A stretch of DNA of 64,000 bases, taken from the NCBI GenBank assembly GCA_963674965.2, contig CAXXFL010000007.1, positions 448,001 to 512,000 of the forward strand, in the 5' to 3' direction. Within the stretch, counting starts at the first letter, position 1. Every line of letters begins with the position of its first letter. Below the pieces are notes generated by a model, which saw nothing but the letters and a program-made list of their open reading frames with translations, was not told the DNA's origin and did no database searches. The stretch is from a bacterium. GTDB taxonomy: Bacteria; RBG-13-61-14; DATKZS01. A program made the translations under genes and the position numbers. Positions 19,298-29,361 of this stretch are shown in pieces.

Positions 19298-20955
19298 TAT
19301 CTCTGGTAGATCACTTTTCCGCCCACAATGGTCTTTAGAACCTGGATATCTTTTATTTCCTCGGGCGGCACGCTCGTCAAGTCCCTCGAGAGTACGGCCA
19401 TGTCGGCGAGCTTGCCCTCGGTTATAGACCCTTTTTCATTCTCCATAAACTCGGCGTAGGCCGACCCCATGGTATAGCAGTAAAGCGCCTCGAGGGGGGT
19501 GAAGCGCTCGTCCGGGTTGAGAGGTCCGAGGGTCCCGGCCTTGTTCATTCTGGTGGTGGCGTAATAAATATTTAGGAGGGGCTGGTAATCGACCTCGGCC
19601 GGCACGTCGGAGCCGAAGGACACGTGGACCCCGCGCTTGAAAAGCGAATGGAAACGGTAGGCCTTTTTGGCCCTTTCCGGTCCCAGCAGGACGAGGTCCT
19701 TGTCGGGCGAGGAGATGGTAAAGGGCTGGACGCAGGCGAGCAGTCCAAGTTCCCTCATTCTGTCGATATCCTGGTCCTCGATAAGCTGGACGTGCTCGAG
19801 TCTTATTCTGAGGTCCCTGGTCCAGGGGTACTTGGCCTGGGCCATCTCGACGGCGTTTATCACTTCATGCACGGCCCTGTCGCCGATCGAGTGTATGGCG
19901 ATTTGCCGGTGATTTTTGGCCGCGTTCATTACGATTTCGCGAAGTTCCCCGACCTCGTAGCGGGGCTCGCCGTAGTTGTCGGGCTCATCGGCGTAGGGCT
20001 CGGTAAGCCATCCGGTCCTGGTGGAGAAGGCCCCGTCGGAGAAATATTTCCATGGTCCTTTCCTTACCCAAATATCGTCGAAAGAAGCCAGGGCCATTAG
20101 CCTTGCAGCGCCCTTGGCCTGGCCGTAGGGCCAGCAGCAGAAGCGGCAAGTCAGCTTGCCTTTCCTCTTGTAATCGGTCAGGAGTCTCGCGGTTATGGGC
20201 TCCCAGGTGTTGTCCTGAACCGAGGTAATGCCCGCTTCCGCGTAAAGGTCGAGGATTTTATCCATGGCCTGGCGATGCTTTTCCTTGTTCAGGAGCCGCT
20301 TGGCTATCCTCATATAGCCGGCGTTGCCCATGGCGGTATCTCGCAGAATTCCGGTGGGTCCTCCATTTTCGTCCCTCACGATTTGGCCGCCCTCGGGGTC
20401 TGGGGTATCTCGGCCGATCTTCATTTTCTCGAGCATGGCCGAGTTGGCCCAGGCGGCGTGTCCGGAGTACTGGGTCAGGAAGACCGGGTTTTGGGGCGCG
20501 GCCTCATCGAGGATGGACTTGTGTGGTCGGGGACAATCGGGGTAATCCCAGGAGCTTCCGAAGATGGTCTCGCCGGGCTTTTTCCTTTTCGCCTCCTCCT
20601 TTATGATCTCGGCGATTTCCTCGCAGCTTTTTCCCCAGAGGATGGGCTCGAGGAAAAAGGTCCCCGCTCCGAATGAATGCACGTGGTTGTCGTTGAACCC
20701 TGGAATCAGGGTCATTCCCTCGAGGTCTATCTGGACCGCGTGAGGTCCGGCCATCTCCCTGGCCCGGCTGGAGTTTCCCACATAGGCGATCCTGTCGCCG
20801 GCGACGGCCACGGCCTCGGCGCGGGGCATGGCCTCGTCCACGGTAATGACGTTGGCGTTATAGAGGACCAGGTCCACGATGTTTTCCCGCCTCGTCTCGG
20901 CGCGCGTCCCCATGGCGGAAGACAAGACAAGGGCCGCGAGGATTATCCTTTTCAC
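19297..20955 (-). CDS. Amidohydrolase (YtcJ-like, Amidohydro_3)
   Basis: PGFNDNHVH, IHSIGDRA, RLEHVQ, FGSD and GSITEGKLAD motifs. Confidence 0.88.
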   Translation of the reverse strand: MKRIILAALVLSSAMGTRAETRRENIVDLVLYNANVITVDEAMPRAEAVAVAGDRIAYVGNSSRAREMAGPHAVQIDLEGMTLIPGFNDNHVHSFGAGTFFLEPILWGKSCEEIAEIIKEEAKRKKPGETIFGSSWDYPDCPRPHKSILDEAAPQNPVFLTQYSGHAAWANSAMLEKMKIGRDTPDPEGGQIVRDENGGPTGILRDTAMGNAGYMRIAKRLLNKEKHRQAMDKILDLYAEAGITSVQDNTWEPITARLLTDYKRKGKLTCRFCCWPYGQAKGAARLMALASFDDIWVRKGPWKYFSDGAFSTRTGWLTEPYADEPDNYGEPRYEVGELREIVMNAAKNHRQIAIHSIGDRAVHEVINAVEMAQAKYPWTRDLRIRLEHVQLIEDQDIDRMRELGLLACVQPFTISSPDKDLVLLGPERAKKAYRFHSLFKRGVHVSFGSDVPAEVDYQPLLNIYYATTRMNKAGTLGPLNPDERFTPLEALYCYTMGSAYAEFMENEKGSITEGKLADMAVLSRDLTSVPPEEIKDIQVLKTIVGGKVIYQR

Positions 20956-21021
20956 GATTGTTTCCTTTTTTCATGCTCTTTGTTTTCGGATTCTTCCGTC
21001 CCCGGGACGGCATACGCGAAC

Positions 21022-21462
21022 TTAGCGCGACAAAATGTCGTCAATGGCCCCGAGGCCAAGGATATAGCTGTTTACCCCGAACCCGGATATGACGCCCGCG
21101 GCCGCGTCGGAAAGGTAGGATTTGCGCCGGAACTCCTCGCGCGCGAACACGTTGGAAAGGTGGACCTCGACGAAGGGCAGTTCCACGGCCAGGAAGGCGT
21201 CCCTGATGGCGATGGACGTATGGGTAAAGGCCGCGGGATTGATAAGAATGGCCTGGAAATTACCAAGCGCATTTTGTATGGCCTCCACTATCTCTCCCTC
21301 GTGGTTGGACTGCATGAACTCGATCTCCAGTCCCAGTTCATCGGCCAGGACCGACAATTTATCGTTAATGGACGACAAGTCTTCCGAGCCGTAGACCTCG
21401 GGTTCCCTCCGTCCCAGGAGGTTCAAGTTAGGTCCATGGATGACCAGCACCCTTTTGGCCAT
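21022..21462 (-). CDS. aroQ: Type II 3-dehydroquinate dehydratase
   Basis: [32 protein letters not shown] and EVHLSN motifs. Confidence 0.97.
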   Translation of the reverse strand: MAKRVLVIHGPNLNLLGRREPEVYGSEDLSSINDKLSVLADELGLEIEFMQSNHEGEIVEAIQNALGNFQAILINPAAFTHTSIAIRDAFLAVELPFVEVHLSNVFAREEFRRKSYLSDAAAGVISGFGVNSYILGLGAIDDILSR

Positions 21463-21466
21463 GGGG

Positions 21467-21826
21467 CTAGAGTTCCTTTAAGACCGAGGGCGCGCTGACC
21501 CTGAGCAGGAACCTTCCCTTTCCCTGATTTCCTCCCGGCTCCATGATGAGCGCGATGAAGTACTCGGGATTGATCACGCGGAGCAGGGTCAGGTACTTGT
21601 CGGTGGTAAGGGCGAGTTCCTTGAGGCTTCCCGCGTCCATGGCCTCGGAGGACCTGGATATTTCCTGGAGCAGGTTGGCGTACTCGATGCCCAGGGTCTC
21701 GAGGTCTATCTCCACCTCGGGCTTCACGTAAGAACTGAGGCTGATCCCGTCCGAGGCCATTATGACCGCGGCCAGTCCACCGGCCGTTTTCTCCACCGCG
21801 TTCTCCACCACTTCCTCGAAAATCAT
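21467..21826 (-). CDS. Roadblock/LC7 protein (MglC/MglB-like)
   Basis: [10 protein letters not shown] motif and C-terminal [11 protein letters not shown]. It lies downstream of pilQ, as mglC does in Myxococcus. Confidence 0.8.
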   Translation of the reverse strand: MIFEEVVENAVEKTAGGLAAVIMASDGISLSSYVKPEVEIDLETLGIEYANLLQEISRSSEAMDAGSLKELALTTDKYLTLLRVINPEYFIALIMEPGGNQGKGRFLLRVSAPSVLKEL

Positions 21827-23280
21827 CTCTCACCCTCCTCGCCCGTTTTCATTCTGCTCACGAAAGACTTTAACACGCTCAGCTTACCCGCGTCCGGCAC
21901 GTCGCTTTTTTCATCCTCAGGCGCGTGGTCCCCCTTCATCTCGACGGGAGCCTCGGCCCTGACCCGTGAGGAAGGAACGAAGAAGTCGTCCTCCCCCGCC
22001 GCCTGGCCGCCGGCGCCGGCGGGAACGTCCCCCTCGGCGGCGGCCGCGTCGTCGCCATTATCCGCCGCGCCGTCATCCTCGGACGAGTCGGTACCCGGCG
22101 GAGTTGAGATATTTTCAACGCCGTCTTCCCCGGCGGATTCCCCTTTCTCAAGTATGGTCTTGTAAATAATCTCCTCAGGGTCCAGGTTTTTTTGCTCGCA
22201 GGCCCGGGCGAACTCGAAATAAAGGTCCTTATCTCGCGGATTGGCCTTTATCTCCTCGGCCATAACCTCGAGGGCCTTGTTGTAAAAACCCTGCTCCCAG
22301 AAAAGCCTGGCCATCTTGCAGGTCTTGATGGGCACGTCGCCGCCGTCCTCCGGCCCCTCTTCCGATCCGTCCGCGAGTTCATCGGCGTCGCCGGCGTCGG
22401 CTTGGGTCTCGCCCACTTCCACCTCGGGTTGGTCGCCGGTCCGGATGTTCTTCGCCGCAGCCCCTTGGAAGAAAAGGTCCAGCTTTTGTTCAACCTCGAG
22501 GCCGGGGCGCTTGGCGGCGGACGTCTCCGGCTCGGCCGGATTTTCGAGGTCCTCGCCTCCATCCATCTTTTCATCATCAAAAAGGCGCCGCTCTTCAGAA
22601 TTATCATCATCCTCGGTATCCGGCCCCTCATCTTCGGGCCGGGGCGCCTCGACGGTCATGGGTTCCCCGTCAGCCTCTTGAGGTCCGGCGTCCGTCTCCA
22701 TGTTTTTTTCCGTCTCGGCGTCTTCTTCATGGGGTCCTATTTCCCCGTCAGTCTTTTCCCCACTTTGCACGCCGGTCTTTTCCGCGTCGTCTTTTTCTTT
22801 ATCTGGCTCTTGTTCCGTTACCGAGGGCGTCGATTCTTCCACCCTGGGCGAGGTTGCCTCGAGTATATCGAGCCGGTTTTTGGCCCTCATGTCCGTGGGG
22901 TCCAGGATGGAAAGCGCCCGGTAGGCCCTGAGGGCACTATCGTGGTCACCCTTTCTATCGTACAGGTCGGCGAGCGCCCTTTGGGCGACGATGTTCTCGG
23001 GGTTCATGTGAACGACTTTCTCGAACAACTCGACGGCCTTGTCCAGTTGCTCGTCCTCATGGCAGGCCTGGGCCAGCACGACGAGGCCGCTTAAGTATTT
23101 GGGGTGTTTTTGCAGTCCGTCCTCGGCGACCCTGATGGCGTTCCTGGTCTCGCCCGCTCGGCGCAGGGAGTCGGCGAGGGCCGCGAACAGCCTCGAGTTC
23201 GGGTCCTCCTTGAGGGCCTTTTTATATTTGTCGATCTCCTCTTGAAGACCGGCTTTTCCTTTTTCAGCACGGACCGCCAT
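21823..23280 (-). CDS. TPR protein with long acidic low-complexity linker
   Basis: N-terminal TPRs (DPNSRLFAALADSLRR...), an acidic disordered middle and a short C-terminal TPR-like segment (MARLFWEQG). Confidence 0.8.
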   Translation of the reverse strand: MAVRAEKGKAGLQEEIDKYKKALKEDPNSRLFAALADSLRRAGETRNAIRVAEDGLQKHPKYLSGLVVLAQACHEDEQLDKAVELFEKVVHMNPENIVAQRALADLYDRKGDHDSALRAYRALSILDPTDMRAKNRLDILEATSPRVEESTPSVTEQEPDKEKDDAEKTGVQSGEKTDGEIGPHEEDAETEKNMETDAGPQEADGEPMTVEAPRPEDEGPDTEDDDNSEERRLFDDEKMDGGEDLENPAEPETSAAKRPGLEVEQKLDLFFQGAAAKNIRTGDQPEVEVGETQADAGDADELADGSEEGPEDGGDVPIKTCKMARLFWEQGFYNKALEVMAEEIKANPRDKDLYFEFARACEQKNLDPEEIIYKTILEKGESAGEDGVENISTPPGTDSSEDDGAADNGDDAAAAEGDVPAGAGGQAAGEDDFFVPSSRVRAEAPVEMKGDHAPEDEKSDVPDAGKLSVLKSFVSRMKTGEEGER

Positions 23281-23301
23281 CGGCTACTCCAAATAATCGA
23301 T

Positions 23302-23331
23302 AGATTATCCTTTTTCCCCCTCCGTTGTCAA
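23302..23331 (-). promoter_or_regulatory. Putative sigma70 promoter for TPR-roadblock-aroQ
   Basis: TTGACA-18 nt-TAATCT on the minus strand just upstream of 23280. Confidence 0.5.
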
Positions 23332-23387
23332 TGAAGATCATTTTATATTAACGCCTTTTGGTCCAGGCGCGGGTTGCCGCTTCACGA

Positions 23388-23423
23388 TAAAAAAGTCGAG
23401 GGGCCTCCTTGAGAGAGGCCCCT
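23388..23423 (-). terminator. Probable terminator after the pil operon
   Basis: AGGGGCCTC/GAGGCCCCT stem with a U-tract on the minus strand. Confidence 0.5.
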
Positions 23424-23545
23424 TAAAAGACGTTATCATATCGAGTTTACTATCCTTGTTTTCGTCATCGGGTTTCCGGCCGGCCTCCGAATAATATGTT
23501 ATGCCTTAATATGGCCACCTCAAGTGACGAACCGATCAGCCGCTC

Positions 23546-24133
23546 TTAGGGTATCAAGTCACACGTGTTCAGGTTGCTGAACACGAGCCAACAACTCCAC
23601 ACCGCCGAAAAGCTCTCGTTAAAATCGTTTACCCCGTAGAAGGTGAACCGGGCCTGATAGGTCGGGTCCAGAGCGGGGTTTCCACCATTGTTAAGAAACT
23701 CGTTGACTTTGGCGGAAGAAATAATGAGCATGCCCTCGACGTCCGCCGAATCTTCCGGCGCGAGGTGCAGGGAGAAGGCCACGTGTCTTTCGTCGGAAAT
23801 AGGAGCGGCCCCCGGATCGGAACTGTTGTACTCCACGCTGTAGGATATAACGTGAAGAGTCGACACGTTATCCAAATCATCGGTCAAAGGCACGTTCTCG
23901 AAGCTCAGGTCTCCCAAATAGTGCCTATCGGGCTCGTAAGCGTTTTCATCAACGCACCAATCGTTAACCGCGTCGATATAGGGATCAAGCTCCTCGAAAT
24001 TGATCTTCAGGTACGATCCGGTATTGTTAATTCCCTCCGTCGCCGGCCCCTCGGGCTCGTCGGAGCAGCCTCCGACGTACAGGAGACAACCGATCACGAG
24101 GCAGACAACCATGAAAAAAGATTTCTTAGACAT
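23546..24133 (-). CDS. Hypothetical lipoprotein immediately downstream of pilQ
   Basis: GGAGG then MSKKSFF...YVGGC lipobox-like signal, with an acidic beta-rich body. Confidence 0.65.
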   Translation of the reverse strand: MSKKSFFMVVCLVIGCLLYVGGCSDEPEGPATEGINNTGSYLKINFEELDPYIDAVNDWCVDENAYEPDRHYLGDLSFENVPLTDDLDNVSTLHVISYSVEYNSSDPGAAPISDERHVAFSLHLAPEDSADVEGMLIISSAKVNEFLNNGGNPALDPTYQARFTFYGVNDFNESFSAVWSCWLVFSNLNTCDLIP

Positions 24134-24171
24134 TTTCAAACCTCCCAGAGTCATTCAGTTAATCTTCCATC

Positions 24172-27100
24172 TCAACCGCCGGCCACGGCGTCGCCGACCA
24201 TCGACCCACCCGGATGGATTATCTGCGGCGTCAGGAAGATTATAAGTTCCTCGTTCCGGGTCTCGGTTATTTCATCCCTGAACATCCAGCCGACGACCGG
24301 CAGGTTTCCAAGGTATGGTACCTGTAAGGAGGGGTTGCTTTCCTTCAGCTTGAAAATCCCTCCAATAACGGCTGTCTCGCCGTCCTTCAGCATAATCACG
24401 GTCTCGGCCTGCTTCCTGGATATGCCCGGCGCGTCGGCGTCCGGCAGACTGATAGGCTCGTTGTTGGCGGCCCTTATCTCCATGGTGATGGAGTTGTCCG
24501 CGGCGACGTGCGGCGTAACCGTGAGTTCCAGGGCCGCCTCGACGAAGGTCCAGCCTTGGGACTGTCCCGTCAAGGTGGCGGGAGGCGGATAGGGTATGCT
24601 GACGCCCTGCTCGATGACCGCTTCCTCGTCGCTGAGGGTCAGTATCCTGGGGCTGGACACTATATGAATCTTTTCCTGGGCCTCGAGGGCTCGGAGCATG
24701 ACGTCCAGGTTCGCGACGCCGGAAATGGAACCGACCGTCAGGCCCAGGGCCCCGCCGCCCGAGCTGTTGACGCCGGTATTGGCCGCGGCCGCTCCGGCCC
24801 CACCCAGAGTGGCTCCGCCGATGGAGACGTTGCCCGGAAAGTTCAATCCCGTGGGGTACCCGGTGGAGGGGCTGGCGTTGATGTTGGTCCCCCAGCTCAC
24901 CCCAATCTCGCGGGACACGCCCACGGTGGCCTCCACTATCCTGGCCTCGATGAGCACCTGCTTGGTGGGCCGGTCCAGGGCGGAGACGAGCTTTATCGCC
25001 TCCTCCACCTGGCTGGGGATGTCGATTATCAGCAAGCTGTTGGTCCTTTTATCCGCCTGGGCGCTTCCTCTTTTGGGAGTCAGGACCGGCTTGATTATCT
25101 TGACCATGTCGTTCGCCGCCAGGTAGTTGATAGGCACGATTCGAGTCTCGAGCTTCTCGTACTTTTGTTCTCTTTCCCGAGCCAGGATTTCCGCCTCGAT
25201 CTCCTTCTCCAAGGTCTCCTTGTTGGCGACCCTTATGATGTTGCCCTTCTCGACCTTGCCCAGTCCCTTGGTCTCGAGGATAAGGTCGAGGGCCTGGTCC
25301 CAGGGAACGTTGTCGAGCTTGATGGTGATCTTGCCCTTGACCTCGTCGCTGACGACGATGTTCATGCCGCTAACGTCGGCGATGGTCCTGAGGGCGTCGA
25401 GGATGTCCATGTTCTTAAAGTCCAGGCTTATGGGTGGGCCGGTGTACTGCACGCCGGTTGGTCCCATTACGTCGCCGGCGGAGGGGACCCCGCCCATGCC
25501 CTGGCCGCCGGTGGCTATCTCGCCCCGCGGTCCGAAGAGCCCGGACTCGGGCGCTCCACCCAGGCCCAGGCTGCCCGGATAGTTCTCGAAGCTGAGGCTC
25601 AGCTTGTTGTCGAAGGTGTTCCACTTGCTGGCGGCCCACCCCCTCATGACCACGACCACGGCGACCTCGTTGGGCTGGTCGGGGCTCTGGAAGACCGAGA
25701 ACAGCTCGATGGGGCTGACGAACTCGGTGGTGTCATAGGACTTGTTCTGGTCCGCCTGCACCTGGGCGTTGGAGATGAACAGGGTAACGATCTTCTCCTC
25801 GGGGTTGTCCTCGCGGACCCACTTTTCCCGCCGGATGGGACGGTCGGCGTGGATGACGATGGTGGACGCCTCGTTGGTGTACTCGAACTTGACGCTGTCG
25901 ATGTAGGTCACGCCGACCTTGCTGTCCCCCTCCTTCTGGAAGCCCGACTGAATGCCGGGGCCCCAGTCCACTCCCGAGCCCGGGCCCATGGGAGAGGGAT
26001 TATCGGTCTTGATCCTGACCTTTTTCTGCTTGTCCCTGCTGATCTCGACTCCCTCGCCGGGCGGCGCGGGTTCCATGGTGGGACCGCCCCACTCGTCGTT
26101 TTGGGCGACGTCCATCACGGGCCAGTCGGCGGCCGCTGGCGAGACCGTCTCCGGGGAGTCGCTCGCCTGTCCGGGCGAGGTTTCCGTGACGGCCACGGTC
26201 GAGACGTCGCCGGCCGAGGCCACGTCCAAGGACTCGCTGAAGGTCACGCTGAGCTTTTGTCCGTCCTTGTCCAGTCTGAAGCTCGGTATTTCGCCCTTGG
26301 CGTCGAAGACGAGCCTTAGCTTGTCGGCGTGCTCGCCCACTCTCACCTCGCCTATGCCCTGGCTTTCGATAGACTTTTTGGCAAGCTTGTTCGCGTTCTT
26401 GATTCCCCAGAGGTCCACGACCAGCCGGTCGGGCTTATCCAGGGTAAAGGCGCTGTAGTCTCCGACCCGCCCGTCCATCATAAGGTCCACGCGGGCCCTG
26501 TCGTTCTCCTGGACCACGTCGATGTCCATGAGTTTTTTCCCGAGATCGCTCGAGGCGGGCGCGGCATCCCGGGCCGGCTCCGCGGCGGCGCTGGAAATGG
26601 GGCTCCACGCCCATTCGCCGTCGCTCGCGGCCTCGGAAGCGGCCACGTCGGTCCCGCTCTCCACCGTCAGGTCTCCGCCTCCGATCTCGAAGAGGTCGTC
26701 AACCTTCTCCGAGCCGCTGAGGGGGCGGAACTCGACGACGAGGTTGCCGTCCTTTTTGGTGACCTCGTAATCCAGGTCCTTTTCGAGGTTGGCGATCATC
26801 CTGACCCCAGGCTGAGACCCCTCGGCCTCGGGCTCGATCGGCTTGACCTCGACGTCCTGCAGGAACTGGTCGGCCACCGGTATGGTGGACTGCACCTCGC
26901 CCATTTGAGCGCCCTTGAAGTCGACCACCACCCTTAAGGGGTCCTCCCATTTGAAAACGCTATAGGGAATAGTTTCCGGAGAGGCCGTGACGATCACGCG
27001 ATCGGACCCCTCTCCCTTCTCAACGGCGACCCCGTTGATACTGGCCGAGGCATCCTGAACGCCCCGGGTGGAGCCATCGCCCTTCTTCATGGCCGAACAG

Positions 27101-27261
27101 CCCCAATTGGCCTGCGCCAACACGAGACACGCGAGCGCAATTGCCAGGCTTTTCCAGCTTCCGCTTTTCACATTCCTCTCGCACATGAGTACCTTCCTCC
27201 CTGCATTTGCAGCTTCAACCTTCCCCGTAGAGGGATCTATATTAGATACGGCGATCGTCAT
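24172..27261 (-). CDS. pilQ: Type IV pilus secretin with N-terminal AMIN domains
   Basis: PLRVVVDF and PDRLVVDL AMIN motifs, ISLDFKNMDI, VPWDQALD, QVLIEARIVEA and ELIIFLTPQI. The exact start is uncertain. Confidence 0.95.
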   Translation of the reverse strand: MTIAVSNIDPSTGKVEAANAGRKVLMCERNVKSGSWKSLAIALACLVLAQANWGCSAMKKGDGSTRGVQDASASINGVAVEKGEGSDRVIVTASPETIPYSVFKWEDPLRVVVDFKGAQMGEVQSTIPVADQFLQDVEVKPIEPEAEGSQPGVRMIANLEKDLDYEVTKKDGNLVVEFRPLSGSEKVDDLFEIGGGDLTVESGTDVAASEAASDGEWAWSPISSAAAEPARDAAPASSDLGKKLMDIDVVQENDRARVDLMMDGRVGDYSAFTLDKPDRLVVDLWGIKNANKLAKKSIESQGIGEVRVGEHADKLRLVFDAKGEIPSFRLDKDGQKLSVTFSESLDVASAGDVSTVAVTETSPGQASDSPETVSPAAADWPVMDVAQNDEWGGPTMEPAPPGEGVEISRDKQKKVRIKTDNPSPMGPGSGVDWGPGIQSGFQKEGDSKVGVTYIDSVKFEYTNEASTIVIHADRPIRREKWVREDNPEEKIVTLFISNAQVQADQNKSYDTTEFVSPIELFSVFQSPDQPNEVAVVVVMRGWAASKWNTFDNKLSLSFENYPGSLGLGGAPESGLFGPRGEIATGGQGMGGVPSAGDVMGPTGVQYTGPPISLDFKNMDILDALRTIADVSGMNIVVSDEVKGKITIKLDNVPWDQALDLILETKGLGKVEKGNIIRVANKETLEKEIEAEILAREREQKYEKLETRIVPINYLAANDMVKIIKPVLTPKRGSAQADKRTNSLLIIDIPSQVEEAIKLVSALDRPTKQVLIEARIVEATVGVSREIGVSWGTNINASPSTGYPTGLNFPGNVSIGGATLGGAGAAAANTGVNSSGGGALGLTVGSISGVANLDVMLRALEAQEKIHIVSSPRILTLSDEEAVIEQGVSIPYPPPATLTGQSQGWTFVEAALELTVTPHVAADNSITMEIRAANNEPISLPDADAPGISRKQAETVIMLKDGETAVIGGIFKLKESNPSLQVPYLGNLPVVGWMFRDEITETRNEELIIFLTPQIIHPGGSMVGDAVAGG

Positions 27262-27282
27262 TTTCCCGCCTTTAAAAACCGG

Positions 27283-27828
27283 TTACCGGCCCCTCTTTTT
27301 GCCGCCCTCGTTGATCTTCATCACTTTCTCGATGATGAAGGTGTCCGTGGGATGGTCCGGGTCCATGTATCTTTCCTCGATAATAAGCTGGTCCTTCTCG
27401 ATGTACTTGACCTCGCCCCCGTGCTTGCCCAACTGGTCGCCCAGCCTGACCACCTGGTCGGACCCGTCGGGCAGCCTTATATAAGCCGCGTCCATGCCCG
27501 AGCCGATGATTATGCCCTGGAGCACCATCTGGTCGAGATCGTAGAGTATCGGCTTGTCGCCTGGATCGGGCTCGGGCGGGACGAGGAAGGGGTCCCATTT
27601 GTCGGTGGGATCGTATTTCCATTTCTCTTTTTCGTCCGCCTTGGCCAGGTTGGTCATCTCGGCGGCCGCGGCTTTTTTGCTTCTCGAGCTCCTGGCCGAG
27701 CCGCTCGAGCTCGAGTCGGTGTTCCGCGCCGGGCTCGGCGGGGGCTCGCTACCGCATCCCGCGCCAAACGTTACGGATGCCGTTAAAAACCCTATCGCCA
27801 GCAGTGATATTTTCGCCTTTTTCAGCAT
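27283..27828 (-). CDS. pilP: Type IV pilus lipoprotein PilP
   Basis: Lipobox GAGC, YDPTDKWDPF and YDLDQMVLQGII motifs, plus synteny. Confidence 0.9.
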   Translation of the reverse strand: MLKKAKISLLAIGFLTASVTFGAGCGSEPPPSPARNTDSSSSGSARSSRSKKAAAAEMTNLAKADEKEKWKYDPTDKWDPFLVPPEPDPGDKPILYDLDQMVLQGIIIGSGMDAAYIRLPDGSDQVVRLGDQLGKHGGEVKYIEKDQLIIEERYMDPDHPTDTFIIEKVMKINEGGKKRGR

Positions 27829-27840
27829 AGCCGCGTCCCC

Positions 27841-28407
27841 TCATTCCTTGAATTTGTAGGTTTTAGCCGTGCAGGATATATCCACGAGATTGTCGGCCGA
27901 TTTGCCGCTGTTCTTGATGCTGATCCCCGTGAAATTCACGATCCTGGGCAAAGTAGCGACCTTATAGAAGAAGTTCATCGAGTAAAGGTACTGGCCGTTG
28001 AACTTGAGAGATATGGGCACCTCGATATAGAGGTTTTCCTTGGCCGATTCCTTCTCGGGCGTGAACTGCTCGAAGGATATCCCGTTTTGTTTGCCAATAT
28101 CGCTGATGTCCAAAAGGAGCTTTTCCATTTCCGTTTCCGTCGGCAGTTTTTCCTTGGCCTTTTCGAGCTTCCTCTCTTTCTCTTTGAGCTCTCTGTCCAG
28201 TTTTTCCCTGTCCTTCTCGACGGTTTCCAGTTTGGCCAGCTCCGCTTTCTGCTTTACCAACTCCTGCTGGGCCGTTTCCAGTTCCTTTGCCAGCTTGGAG
28301 TGAACAAAGAAGAAGTAGCCCCCGGCCATCAGGATGATGATCACTACCAGAATGATAAGTTTCTGGATAAGCGGCATCTTGACCAGTCCATCTGTATTTA
28401 AAGCCAT
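27841..28407 (-). CDS. pilO: Type IV pilus protein PilO
   Basis: TM and coiled coil, LPTETEMEKLL, YIEVPI and LPRIVN motifs. Confidence 0.92.
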   Translation of the reverse strand: MALNTDGLVKMPLIQKLIILVVIIILMAGGYFFFVHSKLAKELETAQQELVKQKAELAKLETVEKDREKLDRELKEKERKLEKAKEKLPTETEMEKLLLDISDIGKQNGISFEQFTPEKESAKENLYIEVPISLKFNGQYLYSMNFFYKVATLPRIVNFTGISIKNSGKSADNLVDISCTAKTYKFKE

Positions 28408-28443
28408 TTTCCCCTCCCGGCTCCGAGCGCGCGTTCCTTGGCG

Positions 28444-29361
28444 TCAGTCGCTCGATGACTTGGACTTGACGACAATCTCGAAGTCGAATTTTTCGACTAC
28501 ACTAGTTTTGCCTTTACCCTTGCCCTTTTTCAGGAACTCGAGCTTAATATCGTCGTATTTGACGTATTCTTCCTCATGCAGCTTCGTGCATCCCTTTTGA
28601 CTCCTGTCGCACTCGGTTTCCTTTTCGGCGCATTTCTGAGTCGCTTCCTGGCAGGCCTGGCTGCTCTTGGACTCCCTGCAGGCGTCCTTTTTGTTGAGGT
28701 CGCAGGCGACTTTGACGTCTTCCTTGCAATCCTTGGCCTGGGCGCACACGTCCCGGTAAAACTTCCTGCAATTCTCGTAGTTCCATTCCCAGTTATTGGT
28801 ATCCTCGTTCCAGGTCCGGCACCTTTCGTTCCTGGTGCGGCATATATCGTCCTTATCCACGTCGGCCAGGGCGTCGTCGCATGGGACCACCGACAGGTTG
28901 CCCATAAACAGGGCCACGGAGTCCTTGTCGTAGCTGCTTCCCCGGATGGTAATGTCTCCGGAGGAACCGCTGCTTTTCTTTCCCTTGCTCTTCCCACCCC
29001 ATTTGATGCTGGTAATCCAGACCTGGTTTCGCGGAACGCTCTCGGTGATCCTGTCCAGGACTTTGATAAAGAAGTCTCTTCCCGTGTCCAGCTTCTCGAT
29101 GGCGTCGAGCTGCTTGTCGAGGATGGCGCTCTTTTTTACCAGTTCCTCGTATTTCTTCTTTGCCTCTCTTAACTTGGCGATCTCCTTCTTGGTGTTGTCG
29201 ATCTCGGCGTTAACCTCGGCTATCTTGTTTTTCTGGTTCAGGTAAAGGACCGTGAGCCCGCCGGCCGCCGCTATGATGATAGCCAGGCCGATGACTATCT
29301 GCTGCATGATCCTTTCTTTTTTCTTGGCCGCTTTTACCGGAAGTAAGTTGATCTTAATCAT
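28444..29361 (-). CDS. pilN: Type IV pilus protein PilN with Cys-rich insertion
   Basis: MIKINLLP N-terminus, TM, coiled coil and VWITSI. Confidence 0.9.
   Translation of the reverse strand: MIKINLLPVKAAKKKERIMQQIVIGLAIIIAAAGGLTVLYLNQKNKIAEVNAEIDNTKKEIAKLREAKKKYEELVKKSAILDKQLDAIEKLDTGRDFFIKVLDRITESVPRNQVWITSIKWGGKSKGKKSSGSSGDITIRGSSYDKDSVALFMGNLSVVPCDDALADVDKDDICRTRNERCRTWNEDTNNWEWNYENCRKFYRDVCAQAKDCKEDVKVACDLNKKDACRESKSSQACQEATQKCAEKETECDRSQKGCTKLHEEEYVKYDDIKLEFLKKGKGKGKTSVVEKFDFEIVVKSKSSSD

Noticed and set aside
24508-26319. 603-aa plus-strand ORF
   Set aside because: It is antisense to pilQ, a codon-bias artefact.
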